A stretch of DNA of 64,000 bases from Nitrospirota bacterium (GCA_963845245.1 CAWJRJ010000014.1:32001-96000); one strand, 5' to 3'. Numbered from the stretch's first letter, positions 32,045 to 41,864 are shown. The notes: generated from the sequence alone by a model not told the origin. Program-made: numbers and translations.

Positions 32045-32944
32045 ATGACAGACATCGGAAACAAGAAGATACTCGTCACGGGCGCAACCGGCAACCAGGG
32101 CGGCGCGGTGGCGCGCAAGTTGCTTGAAGACGGCTTCCAGGTCAGGGCTCTTACCCGCGACCCGTCCAAGTCGGCGGCGAAGGAGCTTGCCATGCTCGGC
32201 GCCGAGGTGGTGCAGGGTAACCTGAACGACACCGCCTCGATTGCTAGTGCGCTTGAAGACATATACGGTGTGTTCGGGGTGCTCACGTTTTTTGAGGATG
32301 GCGTCGAGGGCGAGGTGCGCCAGGGCAAGAACCTTGCGGACGCCTGCAAGGCCGCCGGAATAAAGCATTTCGTATACAGCTCGGTCGCTGGAGCGAACCT
32401 CAAGACCGGCATACCGCACTTCGAGAGCAAGAACGAGATAGAAAGGTACATCAAGACAATCGGGCTTCCAGCCACGGTGCTAAGGCCGGTCTTCTTCATG
32501 TACAACTTCAACTCGGACTTAATGAAGATGAAACAGTCCATCCTGGCAGGCAGGCTGATGATGCCCATCAGCGGCGACAAGCAGCTCCAGATGGTGGCTG
32601 TCGAGGACTTCGCGGACTGCGTAGCACACGCCTTCAAGAACCCGTTCGAGTATATAGGCAAGTCGATGGACATAGCGGGAGACGAGCTTGACATGAACGA
32701 GGCTGCAAGCATTTTCAGCCGAGTGATAGGCAGGCCGGTGCGGTTCTCCCAGGTCCCCATCGAGAGGGTACGCGAGTGGAGCCCCGATATGGCGAAAATG
32801 TTCGAGTGGCTTGACAATTTTGGCTACGACGTGGACATCCCGTCGCTTCGCGCGATACACCCGGTCATGATGACGCTTGAGACCTGGCTCCACGTGAACG
32901 GCTGGACGGATGCAGATGTGCAGTACGACCGTGCGGCCGCGTAA
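32045..32944 (+). CDS. NmrA/HSCARG family NAD(P)-binding protein
   Basis: GATGNQGG, HFESK, LRPVFFMYN. Confidence 0.92.
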   Translation: MTDIGNKKILVTGATGNQGGAVARKLLEDGFQVRALTRDPSKSAAKELAMLGAEVVQGNLNDTASIASALEDIYGVFGVLTFFEDGVEGEVRQGKNLADACKAAGIKHFVYSSVAGANLKTGIPHFESKNEIERYIKTIGLPATVLRPVFFMYNFNSDLMKMKQSILAGRLMMPISGDKQLQMVAVEDFADCVAHAFKNPFEYIGKSMDIAGDELDMNEAASIFSRVIGRPVRFSQVPIERVREWSPDMAKMFEWLDNFGYDVDIPSLRAIHPVMMTLETWLHVNGWTDADVQYDRAAA

Positions 32945-33042
32945 AACCACCCTTGCGCAGGAGGCGGGCATTGCCCGCTTTCTTTGTTTTTAATCTCCGG
33001 GTGGTATACTTTAGGTGAGCCCTTTAATTAAAGGAGGGACTT

Positions 33043-33945
33043 ATGTTTGACTTGGGGAACAAGAGGATACTGGTAGCAGGCGCGACAGGCAACCAGGGAG
33101 GCGCAGTCGCGCGAAAACTGCTTGAGGACGGCTTCCAGGTCAGGGCGCTCACCCGCAACACGCTCGAAGATCCCGCAAGAAAACTTGCCGTGCTCGGCGC
33201 CGAGGTGGTATACGGAAACCTCGAAGACAGAAGCTCGCTCAACCTGGCACTTGAAGACGTTTATGGAGTCTTTGCCGTATTGACCCCGTTCGAGGAAGGC
33301 GTGGTAGGCGAGGTTCGCGAGGGCAAATACCTCGTGGACGCCTGCAAGGCAGCCGGTATCAAACACCTGGTATACAGCTCGGCCGCAGGCGCAAACCAGC
33401 ACACCGGCATCCCGCATTTCGAAAGCAAGAACGAGATCGAGGAATACATCAAGATGGCAGGGGTCCCGGCAACGATACTCAGGCCGGTGTTCTTCATGTA
33501 CAACTTCAACCTGGACTTCATGGGCGTGAAGCGCAGGATTGCCGACGAAGGCATACTCTCCCTGCCGCTCGGGCCGGACACGTTGTTCCAGATGCTGGCA
33601 CCTGAAGACCTTGCCCATTTTGTGGCTGCCGCGTTCGAGTATCCGTCAGATTATATCGGCAAGGAACTTGACATCGCCGGAGAAGAGATGACCATGACTG
33701 CGGCTGCGGAGGTATTCTCCCGCGTGACCGGAGGTATGGTGCGGTATGTTGAACTGCCCGCCGAGGAGCTGTGGGGCGCAAACCCGGACATTGTGGCCAT
33801 GTACGACTGGCTTGATAAAACCGGCTACAAGGTGGACATTCAGGCCCTGAAGGCGATGCACCCAAAGATGATGACCTTGGAGAGATGGCTCCACTTCAAC
33901 GGCTGGACTGATGCGGCCATGAAGTACGAATGGGTCGCAGCGTAG
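33043..33945 (+). CDS. NmrA/HSCARG family protein (tandem paralog)
   Basis: Same motifs; long near-identical DNA stretches shared with 32045..32944. Confidence 0.92.
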   Translation: MFDLGNKRILVAGATGNQGGAVARKLLEDGFQVRALTRNTLEDPARKLAVLGAEVVYGNLEDRSSLNLALEDVYGVFAVLTPFEEGVVGEVREGKYLVDACKAAGIKHLVYSSAAGANQHTGIPHFESKNEIEEYIKMAGVPATILRPVFFMYNFNLDFMGVKRRIADEGILSLPLGPDTLFQMLAPEDLAHFVAAAFEYPSDYIGKELDIAGEEMTMTAAAEVFSRVTGGMVRYVELPAEELWGANPDIVAMYDWLDKTGYKVDIQALKAMHPKMMTLERWLHFNGWTDAAMKYEWVAA

Positions 33946-33958
33946 CACAACCTTCCCC

Positions 33959-33985
33959 AAGGCGGGCATGAGCCCGCCTTTTTTT
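33959..33985 (+). terminator. intrinsic terminator
   Basis: AAGGCGGGC-ATGA-GCCCGCCTT then T tract; a related hairpin follows the first NmrA gene (~32963). Confidence 0.75.
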
Positions 33986-34045
33986 GTTTGTAACCCCATT
34001 TGCTTATGCTATAATTCCGCAAAATCTATGGCATACCCTCTTATT

Positions 34046-34080
34046 CCTCCCCACCTGCGGGGGAGGTAAGGTGGGGGGGA
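34046..34080. repeat. REP-like palindromic element (copy 1)
   Basis: CCTCCCCACCTGCGGGGGAGG...GGTGGGGGG; second copy at 38976. Confidence 0.75.
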
Positions 34081-34103
34081 AGGGAAACCTTGGGGGGGTA
34101 GCA

Positions 34104-37100
34104 TTGGAGTCTTTCGAAGGGGCACTGCGGGTCGTAAACGAGCTTGTCGAGCGTTTCGAGCGCAACCTTGACGCTTACAAGAACGGCGCCTACAACGAGG
34201 CCCAGGCCCGGCAGGAGTTCATAAACCCCTTCTTCGAGGCCCTCGGCTGGGACATAAACAACAAGGGCGGGCTGGCCGAGCAGTACAAGGAAGTCATACA
34301 CGAAGACACCGTCAAGATCGGCATCTCCACAAAGGCCCCCGACTACAGCTTCCGCATAGGCCGCGAACGCAAGTTCTTCCTTGAGGCCAAGAAGCCCTCA
34401 GTAAACATAAAGGACGACAAAAACCCCGCATACCAGCTCCGGCGTTACGCCTGGAGCGCGAAGCTCCCGCTTTCCATCCTTACAGACTTCGAAGAGTTCG
34501 CGGTGTACGAGTGCCGCACCAAGCCTTCTCCCGCCGACAGCCCTAAAATCGGCAGGGTCGCATACTATACCTTCAGGGACTACCCCGCAAAGTTCAGGGA
34601 CATCTACGATATATTCTCGCATGATGCCGTGTGGAAGGGCTCGTTCGACAGATACGTCCAGAGCGTCAAGGGCAAGCGCGGCACGGGCGAGGTCGATGCC
34701 GAGTTCCTCAAAGAAATCGAGAAGTGGCGCGAGGTCCTTGCGCGCGAGCTTGCCCGCCGCAACCCGGAACTCAGCATCTACGAGCTTAACTTCGCCATAC
34801 AGCAGACTATCGACCGTATAGTGTTCCTGCGCATCGCGGAGGACCGCGGCATCGAGCCGTACGCCAGCCTGCAAGGGCTTGCTGAACGGCGCAAACATCT
34901 ACCGCAGGCTGCTCGACACCTACAACCAGGCCGACAGGAAATACAACAGCGGCCTGTTCGACTTCAAGGCCGACACCTTCAGCCACCGTTTGCAGTTGGA
35001 CGACAAGGTATTAAAAGAGATAATCGGCGGGCTGTACTACCCCAAGTCCCCGTACGAGTTCTCGGTCATAGGCCCGGAGATCCTCGGCAACGTATACGAG
35101 CAGTTCCTCGGCAAGGTGATACGCCTTACGCCGACGCACCAGGCGAAGGTGGAGGAAAAGCCGGAGGTGAAGAAGGCGGGCGGCGTCTATTACACGCCCG
35201 GCTTCGTCGTCGGCTACATCGTAAAGAACACGGTCGGGCGCTGGCTTGAGGGCAAGAAGCCCAAACAGGTGGAAGCCCTCAAAGTTCTTGACCCGGCCTG
35301 CGGTTCCGGCACCTTCCTGCTCGGCGCGTATCAACTGCTTCTCGACTGGCACCTCGACTGGTATGTGAAGGACGGCCCGGAGAAATATGCAAAGGGCAAG
35401 ACCCCGGCGCTCATGCCCGCGCGCGGCGGCGGATGGCGGCTCACTACGTCCGAGCGCAAGAGGATACTGCTGAACAACATCTTCGGCGTGGATATTGACA
35501 GGCAGGCGGTCGAGGTGACGAAGCTCTCGCTGCTTCTCAAGGTCCTTGAGGGCGAGAACGAGGAGACGCTTCGCACGCTCAACCTCTTCGGCGAGCGCGC
35601 CCTGCCTTCGCTTGAGGGCAACGTCAAGTGCGGCAACTCGCTTATCGGCCCGGACTTCTACGCGGGGCATACCGGCGATATCTTCGGCGAAGAGGACATC
35701 AGAAGGGTAAACGCGTTCGACTGGAAGGCCGAGTTTTCGGATGTGATGAAGGCGGGCGGATTTGACTGCGTGGTAGGCAATCCGCCGTATATTCGTATTC
35801 AGACCATGCAGGAGTTCGCGCCTGAGACTATTCCATATTACGGAGAAAAGTTTGCCTCTGCTGAAATAGGCGGTTATGACATTTATATTCTTTTTGTTGA
35901 GAAAGGTTTGTCGTTTTTAAATAAAACTGGTCGTCTTGGTTTCATCCTGCCTCACAAGTTCTTTCAGGCGCAGTACGGAGAGCGCTTAAGAGGTCTCATC
36001 AGCAAAGGAAAGCATCTGGAGCATGTAGTCCACTTCGGAGACCAGCAAGTCTTTGCGGGTGCTACAACATACACAAACTTGATGTTCCTTGATAAAGATG
36101 GGGCCGAGTCATGCAGGTATGTTAAAGTAGACAATCTTGATGCCTGGAAGAACGAAGGAAAAGCAGAGGGAATAGAAGTGGTTTCGGATAAGATAACAAG
36201 CGCTGAATGGAATTTTGTCGTAGGTGCGAGTGCCGGGCTTTTTGAGCGTCTAAATGAAATGCCAATAAAATTGGGAGATGTAACTGAACGAATTTTCCAA
36301 GGCTTGGTTACAGGTGCTGACCCAGTTTACATTCTTAATAATTCTGACGATGGTAAATATTTTTCCGAAGCCGTACAAAAGGAATGTGTTTTAGAAACTG
36401 AATTAATGCATCCACTGTGCAAAGGGTCGGTAAATATTCGCCGATACCGAATTGAAAAACCTACCAAGTCTATTCTGTTCCCATACAAAATCATAGAAGG
36501 CAAAGCAGTTTTGTTATCAACTCAAGAATTGCAAAAAAACTTCCCACTCGCTTGGAAATATTTAGGGGAAAATAAGGTACGCCTTCAGTCAAGAGAGCAT
36601 GGAAAATGGAAGCATGATAAATGGTATGCCTTTGGTCGCTCACAGAATTTAAGTGAAATGGAACAAACGAAAATTTTAACACCTAGTATTGCAAATAAAT
36701 CTTCGTTTACATTAGACAATACGGACTTTTACTACTTTGTCGGTAGCGGAGGTGGGGGCGGAGGAGGGTATGGCATTACTCTTAAGCAAGGCGAGCAGAT
36801 GTCCTATGGCTATCTCCTTGGCTTACTCAACTCGAACCTCTTAGATATTTTTTTAAAATCATTTAGTAGCCGGTTTTCAGGAGGGTACTACGCTTACAAT
36901 CGTCAATATATAGAGCGACTTCCTATTCGCCAGATAGACTTCTCCAACAAGCAGGACGCCGCCCGCCACGACCGTATGGTCTCGCTCGTTACTCGTATGC
37001 TTGACCTCAACAAGAAGACGGCGGACGCATCGCTCCCGGCGGACAAGGAGATGTACAAGCGGCAGATAGACGCGACGGACAGGGAGATAGACAACCTCGT

Positions 37101-37155
37101 CTATGAGCTGTACGGGCTGACGGACGAAGAGATAGCGATTGTGGAAAATGGGTAA
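34104..37155 (+). CDS. type IIG restriction-modification enzyme (REase + N6-adenine MTase + TRD) with a +1 frameshift near 34876
   Basis: PDY..EAKKP nuclease motif, GVYYTP, LDPACGSG, GNPPY, TaqI-C-like C-terminus; CAA GGG C TTG CTG joins the two ORFs if one base is removed. Confidence 0.9.
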
Positions 37156-37168
37156 CACCTTCGCCGCC

Positions 37169-37242
37169 GTCATTCCCGCGCAGGCGGGAATCCAGGGACT
37201 TTAAAGCCGCTGGACCCCCGTTAAGAAGCGTCCGGGGGTGAC
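37169..37242. repeat. dRS3-like / REP-like palindrome
   Basis: GTCATTCCC-GCGCAGGC-GGGAATCCAG ... CTGGACCCCCG...CGGGGGTGAC. Confidence 0.7.
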
Positions 37243-37310
37243 AATAATTTGAGGTGGGGCGGTGAATAAAAATGCTATACTATCAAACAAATGGAACGGA
37301 GGCGAATACG

Positions 37311-38093
37311 ATGAAAAAACTGATACTGATACTGGCGGCAATTACAATACTTCTGACATCCCTCTCTGCATACGCAACGACTGCAAAGAAACCCCAGAAG
37401 GGCAAGGAGATTTGCCCACCGGTGAAGACGGTGCAGGTCTCATTCATGACCCCTGACGGATTCACTCTTAAGGGCGATTTCTTCCCCGCAAACCCGGCCG
37501 CCCCTGTGGTGCTGTGCCTGCACCAGTTCGGCACGAACCGCTCAGAGTTCATCGGACTTGCGAAGGCCCTCCAATGCTCCGGTATAAACGCCATCGCATA
37601 CGACGCGCGCGGACACGGCGAGAGCGTGCTCAAGGACGGGAAGAAGGTTACGTACGAAACCTTTACCGACAAGGATTTCGCGAACATGACCGTGGACATG
37701 GACTCCGCGATAAAGTTCCTGCGCGAAACGAAGAAGATAACCGCCAAATCGCCCATCGGGATCGTGGGCGCGTCCATACAGTCGAGTACCGGCCTTGTTT
37801 ACGCCTCGGAACACCCGGCAGTGAAGGCGGTGGTGCTGCTCTCGCCCGGGCTTGACTACCACGGTATTGACACCAAAGGCCCGATGTCGGTCTATGGCAA
37901 CCGCCCGGTGTTCATGGCGGCGAGCATAAACGACTCCGGCTCATACAAGGCCGTAAAGGAACTTGAGTCGCTTGCCAGGGGGCCTTTGAAGAAGGAGATA
38001 TTCTCGGACGCCGGACACGGCGCGGCAATGTTTCGGAAAGACCCCAGTTTTCAGGACAGGGTTGCCGAATGGCTGAAGGGCAACCTTAAATAG
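37311..38093 (+). CDS. secreted alpha/beta hydrolase
   Basis: Signal peptide; YDARGHGES, GAS nucleophile elbow (GASIQ), LLSPG, AGHG. Confidence 0.85.
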   Translation: MKKLILILAAITILLTSLSAYATTAKKPQKGKEICPPVKTVQVSFMTPDGFTLKGDFFPANPAAPVVLCLHQFGTNRSEFIGLAKALQCSGINAIAYDARGHGESVLKDGKKVTYETFTDKDFANMTVDMDSAIKFLRETKKITAKSPIGIVGASIQSSTGLVYASEHPAVKAVVLLSPGLDYHGIDTKGPMSVYGNRPVFMAASINDSGSYKAVKELESLARGPLKKEIFSDAGHGAAMFRKDPSFQDRVAEWLKGNLK

Positions 38094-38099
38094 TCTCTG

Positions 38100-38192
38100 C
38101 TACGGGCTGCCGGTGATGTTTGAGAAGTTGAGAAGTTCGAGGCCAACGAAGAGCGACAGCAGTATTATAAACAGGATGATTTTTTTTATCAT
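38100..38192 (-). CDS. putative 30-aa single-TM peptide
   Basis: MIKKIILFIILLSLFVGLELLNFSNITGSP*, preceded by AGGGG RBS. Confidence 0.45.
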   Translation of the reverse strand: MIKKIILFIILLSLFVGLELLNFSNITGSP

Positions 38193-38240
38193 TGCGGTCC
38201 CCTATATGATTAAATGAGAAGCCAAATTATCACAACGGGA

Positions 38241-38277
38241 TTAAACGTACGTTAAACGGAAGTTAAAACACCTTAAC
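38241..38277. promoter_or_regulatory. four TTAA direct repeats with 11/11/10-bp spacing (winged-helix regulator site?)
   Basis: TTAAACGTACG TTAAACGGAAG TTAAAACACC TTAAC in a divergent intergenic region. Confidence 0.45.
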
Positions 38278-38302
38278 CCGCACGAAAAAAGGAGGCTTAA
38301 GC

Positions 38303-38797
38303 ATGAAAGTGATTTTGATAACGCACGCGAAGACCTCGAACAAGCCGCCCAAGAGGCTGAGCCTGGTCGGAGGCTTCGAGGTGGAGCAGGTCGTGGACAT
38401 GATCAAGGGCAAGCTTGGCGAGCGCTACAGGATACAGAAGGCCGTGTCCTCGCCCGCGGCAAGGTGCCTCGATACGGCCCTTTTGTGCCTGGAAGAGATC
38501 GGCTCGGAAGATATCAGCAAGATCGACACCGACCACCGTCTGGCAAGGCTGGACAAGGCCGATAAGCTCGAAGGCGTCATAATGGACAACGCGCAGGACG
38601 GCCTGGCCATATTCTGCCATGCTGACGTCGGCGGCATACTGCCCGGCAAGGAGAACATCCAAAAGATCAAGGAAGGCTGGTTCCAGGCGAAACCGGTGCT
38701 GGTGATAATGGACTGGGGTCCGGGCCGCGCGTGGGCCGAGAACACCGTCGAGGCCGTACTTACCGTGCCCGAGGAAACTTCGCTGATGAAAGAATAG
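38303..38797 (+). CDS. SixA-like histidine phosphatase-fold protein (degenerate motif)
   Basis: LITHAK (vs LxRHAK), SSPAARCLDTA, IFCH. Confidence 0.65.
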   Translation: MKVILITHAKTSNKPPKRLSLVGGFEVEQVVDMIKGKLGERYRIQKAVSSPAARCLDTALLCLEEIGSEDISKIDTDHRLARLDKADKLEGVIMDNAQDGLAIFCHADVGGILPGKENIQKIKEGWFQAKPVLVIMDWGPGRAWAENTVEAVLTVPEETSLMKE

Positions 38798-38975
38798 AGA
38801 GCCGTCTTCTGGCTCGCTTCCGGCGACTCCCTCCGGTAAATCCAGGGCTCACTTTGCTATACCGGAAAAACTCGCTTCGCTCAGACAGTTTCCGGCATGG
38901 GCGCTTCGTTTCGCCGGGATTACCATGTCGGTCATCGCAAGTACGCTCGCTCTGAATACGTCTCCCGCTTTATTT

Positions 38976-39013
38976 CCCTCCCCACCTGCGGGGGAGGGAC
39001 AAAGGGTGGGGGG
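38976..39013. repeat. REP-like palindromic element (copy 2)
   Basis: CCCTCCCCACCTGCGGGGGAGGG...GGGTGGGGGG. Confidence 0.75.
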
Positions 39014-39018
39014 AATAG

Positions 39019-39045
39019 AAAAGGCCCCGAAAAACGGGGCCTTTT
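39019..39045. terminator. bidirectional terminator; probable original tRNA-Gln terminator displaced by the islands
   Basis: AAAAGGCCCCG-AAAAA-CGGGGCCTTTT, 8 bp beyond the outermost tRNA 3'-end copy. Confidence 0.8.
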
Positions 39046-39053
39046 GATTATTA

Positions 39054-39232
39054 TGGCTGGGGGACAGGGATTCGAAACCTAAAAAGCCAGTTTCACCAAA
39101 TACCCGATAATCAAGTAAATATCAACACTTACAAACAGTTAAGCCAGACTTCCATCTGGATTCAGTCCGTTAAAGTACGTCAAAGTACAGCTAAAATCGC
39201 CCTGTATTGCGAAAGTTTTGCGAAAGTCCGGG
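39054..39232. repeat. island end repeat copy 1: 23-bp tRNA-Gln 3' core + 156-bp arm region
   Basis: TGGCTGGGGGACAGGGATTCGAA identical to 61999-62021; matches 49045-49223 with about 7 mismatches (counted by eye); TTGCGAAAG at 39207 and 39218. Confidence 0.95.
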
Positions 39233-39497
39233 GGCTTGGTGAAACGGGGGTTGTACCCGCCGCCCTCTTTTTACCTCTTCCTACAGGACAACCGTATCAT
39301 TATAATGCTGCCACTGCACCATATTGGCATGAACTACCTTATCTGAAAGCAAACCAGCATTCAGCAGGCCTGCGAGAGCGTACCTGAGCATTATTAAGGG
39401 ATAAACCTTTGCCACAGTGTTTGCAGATAACCGCCTCCGTCTTTATTTTTTCGGCGGGGCACTACTCTGTACACATTCACGAACATATTGCCTGCAT

Positions 39498-40277
39498 TTA
39501 TTTTAGGTTGGATCCTTCTACGGTAGTCCCTGAGGTCTTTATATTTACAAATGAGCTTGACGTTGAATTGTTGCTATAGGACGCATTCCCGTTCACCAAG
39601 GATGGTGCGGTGGCGTCTATACCATCTCGCCCGTTAGCATAGGCTGTATTGTTGAGAATAACGCTATCATAACCGCCTACAATGCCGTCATATCCGTTAT
39701 TATGAGCCGTATCACCGTTTATGTTGCAGCCGCTGCCGGTCACAGATATGCCATTCCAAGTGTTTCCGCTGACCATATTGCCTATTACGATGCACCCTGT
39801 TCCAGACACATAAATCCCATCCCTGTCATTGTCCTCAACCACACAATCCTTTACCAAAACATTATCTCCAGCGGTGCGAACACCTTCTTCGCCGTTTAAA
39901 TATGACTTGACGTTTATTATTTTTTGAGTTTTGCCCTCGCTATTTATACCCAGACCAAAACCGGTAACATACCCGTTCCTGACCTCCACCCTGTTGGCGG
40001 TTATATTTATCCCAACATACGAGGCTGTCGCTTTGCCAGGGCCTGCGATACCGAAGCCATTCATTTCGAGCGTCACGTCGGGAGCAGATATCGTTATTGC
40101 GTTGGTAAGGTTGTCGGTGTATTTCAGTGATTTTGCCAGCGTATAATTGCCGGGCACAGAGATGGTTGCAGGCAGGGACTTGATAATAACAGGCCCACCT
40201 CCGGCGAAGGCCACGGCGGGGGCAAGCAGTGCGGTGAACATAAACGAAAACAGAATACCTTTCAGGGCGTTCTTCAT
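39498..40277 (-). CDS. secreted right-handed parallel beta-helix repeat protein
   Basis: RBS AGGAGG, signal peptide AVAFA, repeated N..NxxxGI turns. Confidence 0.8.
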   Translation of the reverse strand: MKNALKGILFSFMFTALLAPAVAFAGGGPVIIKSLPATISVPGNYTLAKSLKYTDNLTNAITISAPDVTLEMNGFGIAGPGKATASYVGINITANRVEVRNGYVTGFGLGINSEGKTQKIINVKSYLNGEEGVRTAGDNVLVKDCVVEDNDRDGIYVSGTGCIVIGNMVSGNTWNGISVTGSGCNINGDTAHNNGYDGIVGGYDSVILNNTAYANGRDGIDATAPSLVNGNASYSNNSTSSSFVNIKTSGTTVEGSNLK

Positions 40278-40402
40278 AACATCCTCCTTTGGCGGGCACA
40301 AAAAAACCCTGTTAAAGATTGTTGGGGCGTGATGGTTGCGCCCCTGCGAAATTTCCTGTGCTGAGTGGGCCAGGATATTAGGCCTGATACCACAAGTTTG
40401 TA

Positions 40403-41809
40403 TTAGGCAACGGCCATATTCTTTCGTACGCTGACCGGAATCATTATTTCAACTATAAGACCACCGTCGGGGGCATTGGAGACATCAATTGTACCTCCAT
40501 GCAGCCTGATAGCCCGATCTGTGATGGCCAGGCCAAGTCCAGTTCCACCGGTCTGCCGCTCTCTGGCATCTGATGCCCTATAGAAGGGCTTGAATATATT
40601 TTTTAACTCCTCTTCGGGTAACCCTGGCCCGTGGTCACGTACCCTCACAATGGCGGTTGCGGCACCGTCCGTCCCGCCGTATTTGAGAAAGACTTCAACC
40701 TTGGAACCATCGGATGTATATCTGACCGCGTTTCGTATAACGTTCTCGATAGCCCTGCTGAGCAGTTCCTCGGAGCCCTCAACAATAATACCTCTGCTCG
40801 CATTGCATACCACTGAGCGGTTCAGGCTATCAGCCTCAAAATCTGCGTCTTCAGCTATTTTGCAGACAAGTTCAGACATGTCAACCCGAGTTTTCTTTAG
40901 TTTTTCCGCCCCACTTTCCAAAAGAGTAAGCGTAAGTAGCTGGCCTATAAGTTCATTCATTCGCTCAGCTTCCTGTCCAATTCGCCCCAGGTGTTTCTCA
41001 GATGACGGACCAGAGTGCCTTCTGGCAAGCTCCAGCGCAACGTTGAGGCGAGCCAGTGGAGAACGAAGCTCATGGGATATATCCCTTAGCAGCCTCCGCT
41101 GTCCATCCATCAGCGACTCGATATGTTCTGCCATTACATCAAAATCTCCGGCCAGGTCGGCAAGCTCGTCTTTCCTTTTTGAAAAATCAGGCCCGACGCG
41201 GACTGATAGATCTCCGCTCCCAAATTTCTGCGCTGCCAACCTGAGTTTTCGGACTGGCGCAGTAAGATACCAGACAACCAGGAAACAGACTATTCCAGAA
41301 ACTATAAAGCTCTCCAAAAGTCGCATCATAGTCATGCGCGCATCGAAGAATATTATGCCGAACGGCCCGCTTGGAAGTGGCGGAAGCTCCCCTATGACAG
41401 CATACTTTGCACCGGACGTAGTGGTTATCGGCTCTGCAAACCACATTTTGCCTCCAGCCTGTAAAGACTCCGGTCTGTCGGTTTTCATGGTGAGCGCAGC
41501 CAGTTCCCTTGTCTCAGGCGCAGTGCGCCCGGCAGGTATGCTGTTAAGCCTGGCGTCATACATGGAAGCCTTTATTCCAGTCGTCTTTACAAGCTTATTG
41601 GCATAATCGAGAAACGCGGCGGACCCATTCTTCTCAATCATTTCAGCCGCAGTGTAGCCAAAAAATTCCAGAGTATCGCCGATCCTTTTTTGGTGCCACT
41701 CAGCCTCAGGCCCGGCGTGAGTGGCAAGGGCAAGGATGAATATGGCCGAGCCTACAAGCGTCATCGTTAGCCAGAACCAAAAGAACATTCTTATGAAAAG
41801 ACTTCGCAT
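40403..41809 (-). CDS. CpxA-like sensor histidine kinase
   Basis: Two TM helices, HAMP, DISHELRSPLARL, ENVIRNAVRY, GGTGLGLAI. Confidence 0.9.
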   Translation of the reverse strand: MRSLFIRMFFWFWLTMTLVGSAIFILALATHAGPEAEWHQKRIGDTLEFFGYTAAEMIEKNGSAAFLDYANKLVKTTGIKASMYDARLNSIPAGRTAPETRELAALTMKTDRPESLQAGGKMWFAEPITTTSGAKYAVIGELPPLPSGPFGIIFFDARMTMMRLLESFIVSGIVCFLVVWYLTAPVRKLRLAAQKFGSGDLSVRVGPDFSKRKDELADLAGDFDVMAEHIESLMDGQRRLLRDISHELRSPLARLNVALELARRHSGPSSEKHLGRIGQEAERMNELIGQLLTLTLLESGAEKLKKTRVDMSELVCKIAEDADFEADSLNRSVVCNASRGIIVEGSEELLSRAIENVIRNAVRYTSDGSKVEVFLKYGGTDGAATAIVRVRDHGPGLPEEELKNIFKPFYRASDARERQTGGTGLGLAITDRAIRLHGGTIDVSNAPDGGLIVEIMIPVSVRKNMAVA

Positions 41810-41864
41810 ACGCACCATGACATGAAAAAGGGCCAAAATGGGCCGGTTGAAATATGCGGGCCTG

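Noticed and set aside
34860..34900. Programmed frameshifting or phase variation in the RM gene
   Set aside because: Only a GGG run; no slippery heptamer or long simple-sequence repeat
39054..39076. Additional tRNA genes at 39054 and 49045
   Set aside because: Only the 3' 23 nt are present; anticodon and D arms are missing, so these are att cores
40290..40395. Possible riboswitch upstream of the beta-helix gene
   Set aside because: Hairpins and a T tract are present on the minus strand but I could not match a known aptamer consensus; needs an Rfam scan
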